IMG/VR virus record: IMGVR_UViG_3300044627_003892
Strand: one strand, 5' to 3'
DNA length: 64,000 nt
Source of the DNA: a virus
Lineage: Duplodnaviria; Caudoviricetes
The position numbers were made by a program, and so were the translations under genes. Under the pieces are notes generated by a model that saw only the letters and a list, made by a program, of their open reading frames with translations, was not told the origin of the DNA and searched no databases. This document shows, piece by piece, positions 27,533 through 37,533 of this stretch. Position 1 is the first letter of the stretch; each line of letters begins with the position of its first letter.

Positions 27533-28249
27533 ATGGTAATTTTAACAGGTTTTTATAACGCTGAAAAATATATTGAGCGTTCTTTATTATCAATAATGAG
27601 TCAAAGATTTAAAGATTTTACTTGTTATATCACACATGATATGTCCACAGACAATTCAGTTAATATCGTTAAAGAATTAATTAAAGATGACAATCGTTTC
27701 ATACTTATTGACAATTATGAAAAAAAACTTTATCAAGCAGGAAATTTTGATAATGTAATTCGTTATAACAAAAATATTAGTGATAATGAGGTATTAGTTG
27801 AGGTTGATGGAGATGACTGGTTACCAGATTCGAATGTTTTAACAAGAATCAATGAAGTTTATTCTGACCCTAATGTTTGGATAGCAAATGGTAGCTTTAA
27901 ATACTCAAACGGTACTACAGGATTTGCCAAACCCCAAACAAATTTTGAAAATTTAAGGTCACAAGTTTTTACAGCATCCCATATTCGTACTTGGAGAGCT
28001 TTTTTATGGAGAAAAATTAAAGAAGAAGATTTAAAAGATGAAAATGGTAATTATTGGCAATGGAGTGGTGATTTATGTTTTATGTATCCTATGTTAGAAA
28101 TGTCAGGAGAAGAACATTATAAGTTTATGAATGAAATTAATTATGTATATAATGCTGAAAATCCGATAAATGAACATAAAGTCAATATGGGGATGGTTAC
28201 TAACCATTCGTCAAAAATAAGAGAAAAAAAACCTTATAGTAAAATTTAA
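27533..28249 (+). CDS. Glycosyltransferase family 2
   Basis: FYNAEKYI, DMSTDNS and the DxD motif in VDGDDW. Confidence 0.85.
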   Translation: MVILTGFYNAEKYIERSLLSIMSQRFKDFTCYITHDMSTDNSVNIVKELIKDDNRFILIDNYEKKLYQAGNFDNVIRYNKNISDNEVLVEVDGDDWLPDSNVLTRINEVYSDPNVWIANGSFKYSNGTTGFAKPQTNFENLRSQVFTASHIRTWRAFLWRKIKEEDLKDENGNYWQWSGDLCFMYPMLEMSGEEHYKFMNEINYVYNAENPINEHKVNMGMVTNHSSKIREKKPYSKI

Positions 28250-28250
28250 A

Positions 28251-28973
28251 ATGAAAATGTCTAAAAACTTTAATCCAAAAATTTCAGTATGTATTCCCTC
28301 ATACGAGGCAAATGGTAGAGGTGTCGAATTTATTGATAAAAACATCCAATCAATTCTTTCTCAAACCTATAAAAATATAGAAATTATTGTTTCTGACCAT
28401 TCAAAAGATGACTCAATTGAAAATTACATTAAAGAGTTGAAGTTGGATAATATAATATATTTGAGAAATACTGAGTACATCGGGTGGCCGGCACATAACA
28501 CTAACAACGCAATTAAAAACTCTACAGGAGATTATATCAAATTAATGAATTTAGACGACTTTATGGTTGGTAATGATTGCATTAAACTAATGGTTGATTT
28601 ATTAGATGAAGGTAATCAATGGGTTGTCAGTGGATGCATTCACTATGATTATGGTAATGGAAATTGGATAAATCCAATAATTCCAAAAATTGATGGTGAC
28701 GGTAAACATTTAATTAAAGGTATTAATTTTGTTGGGTGTCCAAGTGTAGGTTTAATTCCTCGTAATGAATATTTTGACACCGAAGTTTTATATATGATTG
28801 ATTGCGAACTTTGGTATCGTATGTTTATAACATATGGTTACCCTGGAGTTTTAAAAGATTATAAGATTGCCGTTGGAGTTGGTGACCACACGTTAACAAG
28901 TCAATGGGAGTCAAAATATAATGAGTTACTTTATAAAGATATTGAGTATTGTAATAAAAAATTTTTAATATGA
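28251..28973 (+). CDS. Glycosyltransferase family 2
   Basis: ISVCIPSYE, IIVSDHS, NLDD and DCELW. Confidence 0.85.
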   Translation: MKMSKNFNPKISVCIPSYEANGRGVEFIDKNIQSILSQTYKNIEIIVSDHSKDDSIENYIKELKLDNIIYLRNTEYIGWPAHNTNNAIKNSTGDYIKLMNLDDFMVGNDCIKLMVDLLDEGNQWVVSGCIHYDYGNGNWINPIIPKIDGDGKHLIKGINFVGCPSVGLIPRNEYFDTEVLYMIDCELWYRMFITYGYPGVLKDYKIAVGVGDHTLTSQWESKYNELLYKDIEYCNKKFLI

Positions 28974-30127
28974 AAAATATACAATTGTTTGTTCCAAAAT
29001 TTAGGAACGAAGAAATTTTTGAACACATGTCAACTTGTTTAGATAAAGGTTGGACAGGATTAGGGTTTAAAACTGTTGAGATTGAAAATGAATGGAAAAA
29101 TTATACTGGTTTACCTCACGCTCATTTTATAAACTCAAACACGTCAGGTCTTCATTTAGCGGTAAAAATATTGAAGGATACAAATAAATGGTCAGATGAT
29201 GATGAAATCATCACAAGTCCATTAACATTTGTATCATCAAATCATGCAATAATGTATGAAAATTTAAAACCTATATTTGCAGATATTGATGAGTATTTGT
29301 GTTTAGACCCTGTATCAGTTGAATCAAAAATAACTAAAAAAACAAAAGCGATTTTATTTATTGGTATTGGTGGTAACACTGGTGAACTTTATAAAATTAT
29401 TGATTTATGTAAAAAACATAAATTAAAATTAATTTTAGACGCCGCTCACATGTCGGGTACATTTGCAAAAAATCCATCTACAGGTGAAATTGAGCATGTT
29501 GGTCATGGGGCAGATGTAACTGTATTTAGTTTTCAAGCAGTTAAAAATTTACCAACTGCTGATTCAGGTATGGTTTGTTTTGCAAATGAAGACTACGATA
29601 CTTTAGTTAGAAAACTATCATGGTTAGGTATTGATAAAGACACATACCAAAGAACTAATGATAAAGGCAATTACAAATGGGAATATGATTTAGTTGATGT
29701 CGGTTACAAATACCATGGAAACTCAATGATGGCTTCAATGGCATTAGTTGGTTTAAAATACCTCGACAAAGACAATAATAGAAGACGAGAAATCTGTGAA
29801 AAATACGAAAAAGAGTTAACTAAACACGGGATTCAAACAATAAAGACTCAAAAAGATTGTGTTTTATCGTCAAGACATTTATTTCAAATTGTAGTTAATC
29901 AAAGAAATAAATTTATGGAATTATTAAATTCAAGTGGGATTTATCCGGGGGTTCATTACAGAGATAACACACATTATAAAATGTATAAATACGGACTAGG
30001 AACTTGCCCAAACTCTTTAACTATTTCTGAAAAATTAATAACATTACCTTTACACATGAATTTAACTGAAAATGATATAGAATATATTATAGAAAAGGTT
30101 ATTGAAATAAATAAAAATTTAAATTGA
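28970..30127 (+). CDS. DegT/DnrJ/EryC1/StrS PLP-dependent sugar aminotransferase
   Basis: NSNTSGLHLA, LDAAH, and FSFQAVKNL with the catalytic Lys retained. Confidence 0.9.
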   Translation: MKNIQLFVPKFRNEEIFEHMSTCLDKGWTGLGFKTVEIENEWKNYTGLPHAHFINSNTSGLHLAVKILKDTNKWSDDDEIITSPLTFVSSNHAIMYENLKPIFADIDEYLCLDPVSVESKITKKTKAILFIGIGGNTGELYKIIDLCKKHKLKLILDAAHMSGTFAKNPSTGEIEHVGHGADVTVFSFQAVKNLPTADSGMVCFANEDYDTLVRKLSWLGIDKDTYQRTNDKGNYKWEYDLVDVGYKYHGNSMMASMALVGLKYLDKDNNRRREICEKYEKELTKHGIQTIKTQKDCVLSSRHLFQIVVNQRNKFMELLNSSGIYPGVHYRDNTHYKMYKYGLGTCPNSLTISEKLITLPLHMNLTENDIEYIIEKVIEINKNLN

Positions 30128-30128
30128 T

Positions 30129-30548
30129 ATGTTAATTATTCGTGATTTTAAAAGAGATGACTCAACGTGTGAACTATTAGAAGTACTTAAAGAAGTTTGG
30201 TCAGTAGATGAAATAAGTGAATTAACATTAGACAATTGGTTTAAAAATGATAATTACATGGTAATTGCTGAATTTGACGGTAAAATTATTGGTTCAGCAA
30301 CTTTACATTTACAACAAAAAATTATTCGTAACGGAGGTATTGCTGGTTGTATTGAGGATGTTGTGGTTAAACAATCTTATAGAGGAAATAATATTGGCAC
30401 CCAATTAATACAAGAATTAATTAAAAAAGCCGAAAATCTTGGGTGTTATAAAGTAATACTGTCTTGTTTTCCTGATAGAATAAATTTTTATAAAAAAAAT
30501 GGTTTTTTTGTGGAATCAACCACCATGAGATATAATTTTAAAAAATGA
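30129..30548 (+). CDS. GNAT acetyltransferase, GNA1 (glucosamine-6-P N-acetyltransferase)-like
   Basis: GCIEDVVVKQSYRGNNIG, GCYKVILSC and FYKKNGF. Confidence 0.8.
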   Translation: MLIIRDFKRDDSTCELLEVLKEVWSVDEISELTLDNWFKNDNYMVIAEFDGKIIGSATLHLQQKIIRNGGIAGCIEDVVVKQSYRGNNIGTQLIQELIKKAENLGCYKVILSCFPDRINFYKKNGFFVESTTMRYNFKK

Positions 30549-31258
30549 AATTTGCAATTATTATAAGTACGTACAAAAGGGATGATGGTAATACACCTTT
30601 TTTACTTAAAAGATGTTTAAATTCCATATCAAATCAATTACATGATGATTATAAAATTTTTTTAATAGGAGACCGTTATGAAAATAACGAAGAATTTATA
30701 GAAATTTGTAATACTTTTGAAAACAAAGATAAAATATATTTTGAAAATTTAAATATTGCGTCAGAAAGAGACGTTTTTAATAATAAACTTAACATTTGGA
30801 AATTTGGGGGAGTAAACGCTGTAAATCACGCCATAGATATTTCTAAAAATGAAGGATTTAATTATATTGTTAGGATTGACCATGATGATTTTTGGGAAAA
30901 TAATCATTTAAAATCAATTAATGATTGTATTGAACTAACTAATTCAGCGTTTGTTTGTACAAAAAGTAAATATTATGGTGAAGTTTTACCAAGTACCCCA
31001 AGCCATGAAAAATATATAGAATTTAAACCGTCTCCAGGAAATTTAGTTCACTCATCGATATGTTTTGATTTAAATCAACTACCATTAAAATATAGAACTT
31101 TAGGAGATATAAAATGTGGTGTATACGCCGCAGATGGATGTTTATATTTAGAAATTGCAGAATTAGTTGAAAAAAATAATTTAAAGTCTATATTGATAAA
31201 TGAAATTACTTGTAATGTAGAAAGTGATTCATTTTTTATAAGAAATGGTCGTAATTAA
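30545..31258 (+). CDS. Glycosyltransferase family 2
   Basis: IIISTYKR and the DxD motif in IDHDDFW. Confidence 0.8.
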   Translation: MKFAIIISTYKRDDGNTPFLLKRCLNSISNQLHDDYKIFLIGDRYENNEEFIEICNTFENKDKIYFENLNIASERDVFNNKLNIWKFGGVNAVNHAIDISKNEGFNYIVRIDHDDFWENNHLKSINDCIELTNSAFVCTKSKYYGEVLPSTPSHEKYIEFKPSPGNLVHSSICFDLNQLPLKYRTLGDIKCGVYAADGCLYLEIAELVEKNNLKSILINEITCNVESDSFFIRNGRN

Positions 31259-31272
31259 TATTAATTAAAAAA

Positions 31273-32076
31273 ATGTATACTGTAGAAAAAATATCAAATT
31301 GGGATATTAGAGTTGATATCCAAACAAATAAACCGTGTCAGCTATACGTAGACACGTTTCCGTCATCACCTAAACAATGTTTAAGAGTTCTTTGGTCTGT
31401 TGAACCAAATGAAATTGCAGGATTAAGAGATATTGTAATTAATAGACATAAAGAGTTTGATTTAATATTAACTTGGCACAAAGAAGTATTGGATAATTGT
31501 TCAAACGCCAGATTATTCCCACACGGGATGTCTTGGATTTTAGATTTTGATTTAACAAAAGAAAAAGAATATTGTGTAACCTCTATTGTTGGTGGTAAAA
31601 AGTTAACCCTAAATCATATTGTTAGACAAGAATTACCAACAGTAATAAACCAAGTTACTTCAGTACCATTACATTTATTTAATAGTAAAAATAATCCATA
31701 TAACGGAAAACCTACAATTGATAGATTTATACAAAATAGTGATATAAAAAATGAATTATTTTATTCTCAATATCATATATCTATTGAAAACGTATGTCAA
31801 CCAAATTATTTCAGTGAAAAACTTATTGATTGTTTTCAAACCAATACTATCCCAATTTATTTAGGATGTCCAAACATTGAAAATTTCTTTGATGTTAGAG
31901 GTATGTTTATAGTTAAAACTTTGGATGACATTGTTAATGTTTGTAATTTAATTACACCTGAAACATACAATGAAATGTTACCTTACGTTAAAGAAAATTA
32001 CAAAAGAAGTATCAAATACGCTAAGTTCAGAGAAACATTAAGAGATGAAATAATTGAATTTGTTAAAAATTATTAA
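31273..32076 (+). CDS. GT10-like (alpha-1,3/4-fucosyltransferase family) glycosyltransferase
   Basis: ISIENVCQPNYFSEKLIDCFQTNTIPIYLG matches the GT10 motif (ENS...YxTEK...PIYxG). Confidence 0.75.
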   Translation: MYTVEKISNWDIRVDIQTNKPCQLYVDTFPSSPKQCLRVLWSVEPNEIAGLRDIVINRHKEFDLILTWHKEVLDNCSNARLFPHGMSWILDFDLTKEKEYCVTSIVGGKKLTLNHIVRQELPTVINQVTSVPLHLFNSKNNPYNGKPTIDRFIQNSDIKNELFYSQYHISIENVCQPNYFSEKLIDCFQTNTIPIYLGCPNIENFFDVRGMFIVKTLDDIVNVCNLITPETYNEMLPYVKENYKRSIKYAKFRETLRDEIIEFVKNY

Positions 32077-32082
32077 TTTATT

Positions 32083-32865
32083 ATGAATTTCGTTTCGACA
32101 AAATTAATGGGTGGTTTGGGAAACTATCTATTCCAAATAGCGACAGCGTATTGTCTATGTTTAAGGGACAATAAAGAATTATTATGTGATGTGTCAGATT
32201 CTATAGTACCACATAAACCATATGTATATTATTTATCAAATATTTTCAGAAAAATTAATTTTATTAATGGTTTTAGTAATTTTACACCATTAGGGGAAAA
32301 TGGGTTTTCATACAGTCAATTACCTAAAATTGATGGGAATGTAAAATTGTACGGTTATTTTCAAAGTGAAAAATATTTTATGGATTATAGAAATGAAATA
32401 TTAGAACTTTTTAAAATAGATGATGAAACAAACCAAAAAATAACTGATAAGTATAATGAATTATTAACACTTAATACTTGTTCTATTCATGTTAGACGTG
32501 GTGATTATTTGGGTTTACAAAATTATCATCCAATACAGACTATCGAGTATTATCAAAATGCAATTAAAATTATTGGAGAAGAAAACCATTTTGTAATATT
32601 TTCTGATGATATAAAATGGTGTGAAGAAAACTTTAATTTCCTAAAAAACAAAACATTTATATCAGGTAATACGGATTATGAAGACCTATATTTAATGTCA
32701 ATGTGTAAACATAACATAATAGCCAATTCAACATTTAGTTGGTGGGGTGGATGGTTAAATTGTAATATTGATAAAAAAGTAATAATACCATCTAAATGGT
32801 TTGGGATTTCCAATTCACATTTAAATACTAATGATTTATATTGTAATAAATGGATTAAATTATGA
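32083..32865 (+). CDS. GT11 alpha-1,2-fucosyl/colitosyltransferase
   Basis: GGLGNYLFQ, IHVRRGDY, FSDD and IIANSTFSWWG. Confidence 0.9.
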   Translation: MNFVSTKLMGGLGNYLFQIATAYCLCLRDNKELLCDVSDSIVPHKPYVYYLSNIFRKINFINGFSNFTPLGENGFSYSQLPKIDGNVKLYGYFQSEKYFMDYRNEILELFKIDDETNQKITDKYNELLTLNTCSIHVRRGDYLGLQNYHPIQTIEYYQNAIKIIGEENHFVIFSDDIKWCEENFNFLKNKTFISGNTDYEDLYLMSMCKHNIIANSTFSWWGGWLNCNIDKKVIIPSKWFGISNSHLNTNDLYCNKWIKL

Positions 32866-33782
32866 AAGTATTAGTTACAGGTTCAAATGGATTATTAGGA
32901 CGAGCATTAAAAAAAGTTTTAGGAGATGGTCACGTCTACCATACACGAGAAGATGTTGATTTAACAAATTACGAAGAAACATTCAAGTTCTTTCAAGATA
33001 AAGTTTTAAATGAAGGTGTTGATACTATTATCCATACCGCAGCAAGAGTTGGCGGGGTTAACGCAAACATGAATAATAATCAATTATTTTTTGATGATAA
33101 TTACATTATTAATAGTAATGTAATTAAAGTATGTTCACTTTTAAAAGTTGATAATTTTGTTAATATATTATCTACTTGTATTTTTCCTCATGAAAATATT
33201 GTTTACCCATTAACTTCAGAACAAATTGATAACGGGCCTCCCCACCCGTCAAATTACGGGTATTCATATGCGAAAAGATTATCAGGTTATGAAACACAAA
33301 TTTTTAGAAATGTTTTAAATAAAAATTGGTATTCAGTTGTTCCTACAAATTTATATGGTCCTTATGATAATTTTAATTTAGAGGATAGTCATTTAATACC
33401 TGGTATGATTCATAGAGCGTATTTGGCTAAACAAAATAATGAAAAATTTGTGATTTGGGGAGATGGTTCACCATTGAGACAATTTGTATATTCTGAGGAT
33501 ATGGCAAAATTAATTGTTTGGTCTTTAACTAATTGGGTGTCGGAAAAACATTGTATGATGATTGACGAAACCGAAATTTCAGTTATGGAAGTTGCAAACA
33601 TTATTAGTAAAAAATTTGGGTTTAATGATGACGATTTAATTTTTGACGAAACAAAACCTAAAGGTCAATTTAAAAAACCTGCATCATCAGACATTAAAAA
33701 TTTTAATTTTAAATCAATTGAAGACGGTATTAATGAAACTATTGATTGGTTTATACAAAATTACAAAACTGCCAGAAAATGA
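32862..33782 (+). CDS. fcl: GDP-L-fucose synthase (Fcl) / GDP-colitose synthase (ColC)-like epimerase-reductase
   Basis: VTGSNGLLG, AARVGG, STCIFP, YSYAKR, PTNLYGP and WGDGSPLRQF. Confidence 0.88.
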   Translation: MKVLVTGSNGLLGRALKKVLGDGHVYHTREDVDLTNYEETFKFFQDKVLNEGVDTIIHTAARVGGVNANMNNNQLFFDDNYIINSNVIKVCSLLKVDNFVNILSTCIFPHENIVYPLTSEQIDNGPPHPSNYGYSYAKRLSGYETQIFRNVLNKNWYSVVPTNLYGPYDNFNLEDSHLIPGMIHRAYLAKQNNEKFVIWGDGSPLRQFVYSEDMAKLIVWSLTNWVSEKHCMMIDETEISVMEVANIISKKFGFNDDDLIFDETKPKGQFKKPASSDIKNFNFKSIEDGINETIDWFIQNYKTARK

Positions 33783-34939
33783 AAAAAATAGATTTAATTC
33801 AAGATACAATTGATAACCAAGATATTGATAATCTTATTCAATGGTTAAAAGAATACCCAAGATTAACAAAAGGACCTAAAACGATTGAGTTTGAAAATAA
33901 ATGGTGTGAATGGTTAGGGTCAAAATATTCTGTATTTGTTAATTCAGGGTCATCCGCAAATTTACTTATGTTATATGCTCTTAAAGCTCTTAACATGTTA
34001 AAAAATAATAAAATTTGTGTACCATCATTATGTTGGGCAACAGATTTATCACCTGTACTTCAGTTTGATATGCACCCATTATTAATTGATTGTAATTTAG
34101 ATAACTTGTCAGTTGATTTAAAACATTTGGAAGAAGTGTTCAAACATGAACAACCATCAGTATTAATCTTAGTTTCTGTACTTGGATTATCTCCTGACAT
34201 GGATTCGATTGTTAAGTTATGTAAAAAATATGATGTTATTTTACTTGAAGATAATTGCGAATCTCAAGGAACTAAATTTAAAGGAACTAAACTTGGTAAC
34301 TTTGGTTTGATGTCGTCATTTTCAACGTATTTTGGGCATACTATGTCAACAATTGAGGGTGGTGTTATTACAACAAATAGTGAGGAAATTTATCAGATAT
34401 TATTACAACTTAGAAGTCATGGGTGGGATAGGGATTTACCTGAATCAAAACAAAAAGAATTGAGAAACAAGTGGGAAGTTTCTGATTTTTCATCCCTTTA
34501 TACGTTTTATGTTCCAGGGTTTAATTTAAGGAGTACTGATTTACAAGCTCAACTTGGGATTCAACAATTATTAAAAGTTGATAAAATGATTGATAATAGA
34601 TATAAAAACTTTTTATATTACAAATCTAAGTTAGAAGGTAAAACATGGTTTCCAGTAACTTTTGATGACAGTTATACGTCAAATTTTGCAATACCTTTTA
34701 TCACTAAAACTATTGAAGATAAAAAAAGTTTAATTAAAGAGTTAGAAGAAAATAATATTGCTTGTCGTCCATTAATTTCGGGTTCAATGGGAACACAACC
34801 ATTTTATAAAAAAATATATGGTGAAAATAAACTACCTAATTGTTCAATTATTGATGATAGAGGAGTTTACGTACCAAATCATGATAAAATGACAGTTGAG
34901 GATATTAATAGAATTTGTGACATCTTATTAAAATATTAA
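33779..34939 (+). CDS. ColD-like PLP-dependent GDP-4-keto-6-deoxymannose 3-dehydratase (DegT fold); start corrected to ATG 33779
   Basis: VNSGSSANL and EDNCES. In FSTYFGHTMSTIEGG, His occupies the canonical Lys position, as in ColD/E1. Confidence 0.75.
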   Translation: MKKIDLIQDTIDNQDIDNLIQWLKEYPRLTKGPKTIEFENKWCEWLGSKYSVFVNSGSSANLLMLYALKALNMLKNNKICVPSLCWATDLSPVLQFDMHPLLIDCNLDNLSVDLKHLEEVFKHEQPSVLILVSVLGLSPDMDSIVKLCKKYDVILLEDNCESQGTKFKGTKLGNFGLMSSFSTYFGHTMSTIEGGVITTNSEEIYQILLQLRSHGWDRDLPESKQKELRNKWEVSDFSSLYTFYVPGFNLRSTDLQAQLGIQQLLKVDKMIDNRYKNFLYYKSKLEGKTWFPVTFDDSYTSNFAIPFITKTIEDKKSLIKELEENNIACRPLISGSMGTQPFYKKIYGENKLPNCSIIDDRGVYVPNHDKMTVEDINRICDILLKY

Positions 34940-34953
34940 TAATTAATGTAAAA

Positions 34954-35730
34954 ATGTTAAAATTTTTTAAACCAATAAGAGGTCATAGAGGTTATTTTTC
35001 ATATATGACTGAATCAGTTGTTAACATGCTTAATGTATTGTTAATCTATCCAAATGAAGAATTTAAAGTATATCATGATTTATCAAATATTGATGGGTAT
35101 GGTAGTCATAATATTTATGATGTCTGTTTTATACAAGATAAAAATGATTATTTTTTAAATAAAAATGAGTATTCTAATATTGAGTTAGTAAATAATATAG
35201 CACAATTAAATCCTTATGACAAGGATACATTTACTAAAGAAAAATTAAAAATGTGTGAATCAATAATAAAAGATAATTTTGTATTAAATGATGAAATGAA
35301 ACAATTGTTTTCATCAAGACACCCTCAAATTGATTTTACAAAAACTATAGGTTTTCATAGAAGGGCAACTGATATGTCAATAATACATGGTTTACCAACA
35401 ATAGATTTATCCATAATATTTGAAACATTAGAAAAAGAAGAATTTGAAAATATATTTTTAATGTGTGATAATCTTAATGATTTAATTAAATTTAAACAAA
35501 GATATGGAAATAAATTAATAACTTTTGACGAGTTAACAGCTTCAACAATTGAAAATAAACCATTTTTTAATTTAAAAAATGATGAAGAATTAATTAAAAA
35601 ACATATACAAGAAATTGTTTTTGGAGTATACACTTTAGGTATGACAAAAAAATTAATATGCACTATGTCTAACTTATCAACATTTTCTATTTTTTCAAAC
35701 TCAAATTTAGATTATATAAAATTAAATTAA
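34954..35730 (+). CDS. NodZ/GT23-like GDP-fucose-dependent glycosyltransferase
   Basis: IGFHRRATD (motif I), IFLMCD (motif II) and STFS (motif III). Confidence 0.6.
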   Translation: MLKFFKPIRGHRGYFSYMTESVVNMLNVLLIYPNEEFKVYHDLSNIDGYGSHNIYDVCFIQDKNDYFLNKNEYSNIELVNNIAQLNPYDKDTFTKEKLKMCESIIKDNFVLNDEMKQLFSSRHPQIDFTKTIGFHRRATDMSIIHGLPTIDLSIIFETLEKEEFENIFLMCDNLNDLIKFKQRYGNKLITFDELTASTIENKPFFNLKNDEELIKKHIQEIVFGVYTLGMTKKLICTMSNLSTFSIFSNSNLDYIKLN

Positions 35731-35735
35731 AAAAT

Positions 35736-36551
35736 ATGATTATACAAAATAAATTACCAAAACATTATTGTGAACTTAGTTATATACAACTAATTGAAGA
35801 ACAATTAGTTAAAGAATTTAACAACGACTATAGCCTGTACATTATTCATTCTGATTTAGATGTGATTGAGGGATTAGATTTTGGAGAAAAAATTAAAAAT
35901 GATACAAATTATAAAATAGCCATTCATGTTGGTAACGAGGTATCATATAACCCAAAATATTACGAATTTTTTGATATTATATTTAGATTTTATTTACAAG
36001 AAAAATGTGATTATAATAAAATATTCCCAATTAATATTGGATTTAATTCTAGTGGTGAATATAACATTTTTCCTAATAAGGGTGAAACATTATCTGAAAG
36101 AACTAATGATGTATTTTTTATGGGTAATAAATCAGTTAGATACGGATTTTATAATTCTATAAATAATTTATCTAAAAAATATGATATAAATTTTACAGAT
36201 GGTTTTAGAAGTGGTTTAGTAATCGAAGATTATTACAATAAATTATCAAACTCTAAAATATGTTTAGTTCCTAATGGAATGAGCCCCGAAACTTTTCGTT
36301 ATAGTGAATCTTTAGGGTCAGGATGTATTGTCATAACAAAGGATAAAATTAATTCTTGGTTTTACGAAAATAGCACAGCAATTTTTGTTAATGATTGGTC
36401 TGAAGTTACAGAAGAATTTATTAAAAATATATTATCATCTAATATTGATTTAAAATATGAAGAAAATCTGAATTATTATGAAAGATGTTTAAGTCCTGAT
36501 GCTAATGCCAAATATATTATTAAAACAATAAAAGAAAAAAAAATAAATTAA
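35736..36551 (+). CDS. GT-B glycosyltransferase (exostosin/GT47-like C-terminal motif)
   Basis: VFFMG and LSNSKICLVPNGMSPETFRYSESLGSGCIVI. Confidence 0.55.
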   Translation: MIIQNKLPKHYCELSYIQLIEEQLVKEFNNDYSLYIIHSDLDVIEGLDFGEKIKNDTNYKIAIHVGNEVSYNPKYYEFFDIIFRFYLQEKCDYNKIFPINIGFNSSGEYNIFPNKGETLSERTNDVFFMGNKSVRYGFYNSINNLSKKYDINFTDGFRSGLVIEDYYNKLSNSKICLVPNGMSPETFRYSESLGSGCIVITKDKINSWFYENSTAIFVNDWSEVTEEFIKNILSSNIDLKYEENLNYYERCLSPDANAKYIIKTIKEKKIN

Positions 36552-36552
36552 A

Positions 36553-37533
36553 ATGTCTAATAAAATCGCACTAATAACAGGAATAAATGGTCAAGATGGT
36601 TCGTATTTATCTGAATTTTTGATTAAAAAGGGATATGAAGTTCATGGTACATTAAAACGAAATTCCGTTGCCGAAAACCAAACTTCAAGATTAGATAATA
36701 TATTTAACCAAATTAAATTACATTATGCCGATTTGACAGATTTATCGTCATTAATTTCTGTTATCCAAAAAACAAATCCTGATGAAATTTATAATTTGGC
36801 GGCTCAGTCTCACGTTAGAATTTCATTTGACCAACCAATTTATACCGCAAATGTAACAGGGTTAGGTACTTTAAATTTGTTAGAGGCTGTTAAATTAATA
36901 AAACCTAATACTAAAATTTACCAAGCGTCGTCATCTGAAATGTTTGGTAATTCAATTGATTCTGACGGATACCAAAGAGAAACAACACCTCTTAATCCTG
37001 TTTCTCCATACGGATGTGCTAAAGTATTTAGTTATAACATTTGTCGTAACTACAGAAACTCATACGGTATGTTTATTTCCAACGGTATTTTATTTAACCA
37101 CGAATCACCAAGAAGAGGAACTAACTTTGTGACCAATAAAGTATGTAAAGAAGCGGTTAAAATTAAATTAGGACTATCTAATGAATTAAAATTGGGTAAT
37201 CTTGATGCAACACGAGACTGGGGACATGCGAAAGATTACGTTAGAGCAATGTGGGAAATTTTACAATTAGAAAATCCTGATGATTTTGTTTGTTCGACAG
37301 GTATATCTCATTCAGTTGGTGAACTTTGTGATTATGTATTTTCATCGTTAGGATTGGACTACAAACAATATGTTACTCAAGATGAAAAGTTCCTAAGACC
37401 TGAAGAATTACACGATTTAAAAGGTGATTCATCTAAATTAGTTAATACTACAGGGTGGTCACACGATTACACATTTGAAACGATGTTAGACGAAATGATT
37501 GACTACTGGATGGATTATTATACAATTAAATAA
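36553..37533 (+). CDS. gmd: GDP-mannose 4,6-dehydratase
   Basis: ITGINGQDGSYL, NLAAQSHV, QASSSEMFG, SPYGCAK, NHESPRRG and RDWGHAKDYV. Confidence 0.96.
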   Translation: MSNKIALITGINGQDGSYLSEFLIKKGYEVHGTLKRNSVAENQTSRLDNIFNQIKLHYADLTDLSSLISVIQKTNPDEIYNLAAQSHVRISFDQPIYTANVTGLGTLNLLEAVKLIKPNTKIYQASSSEMFGNSIDSDGYQRETTPLNPVSPYGCAKVFSYNICRNYRNSYGMFISNGILFNHESPRRGTNFVTNKVCKEAVKIKLGLSNELKLGNLDATRDWGHAKDYVRAMWEILQLENPDDFVCSTGISHSVGELCDYVFSSLGLDYKQYVTQDEKFLRPEELHDLKGDSSKLVNTTGWSHDYTFETMLDEMIDYWMDYYTIK

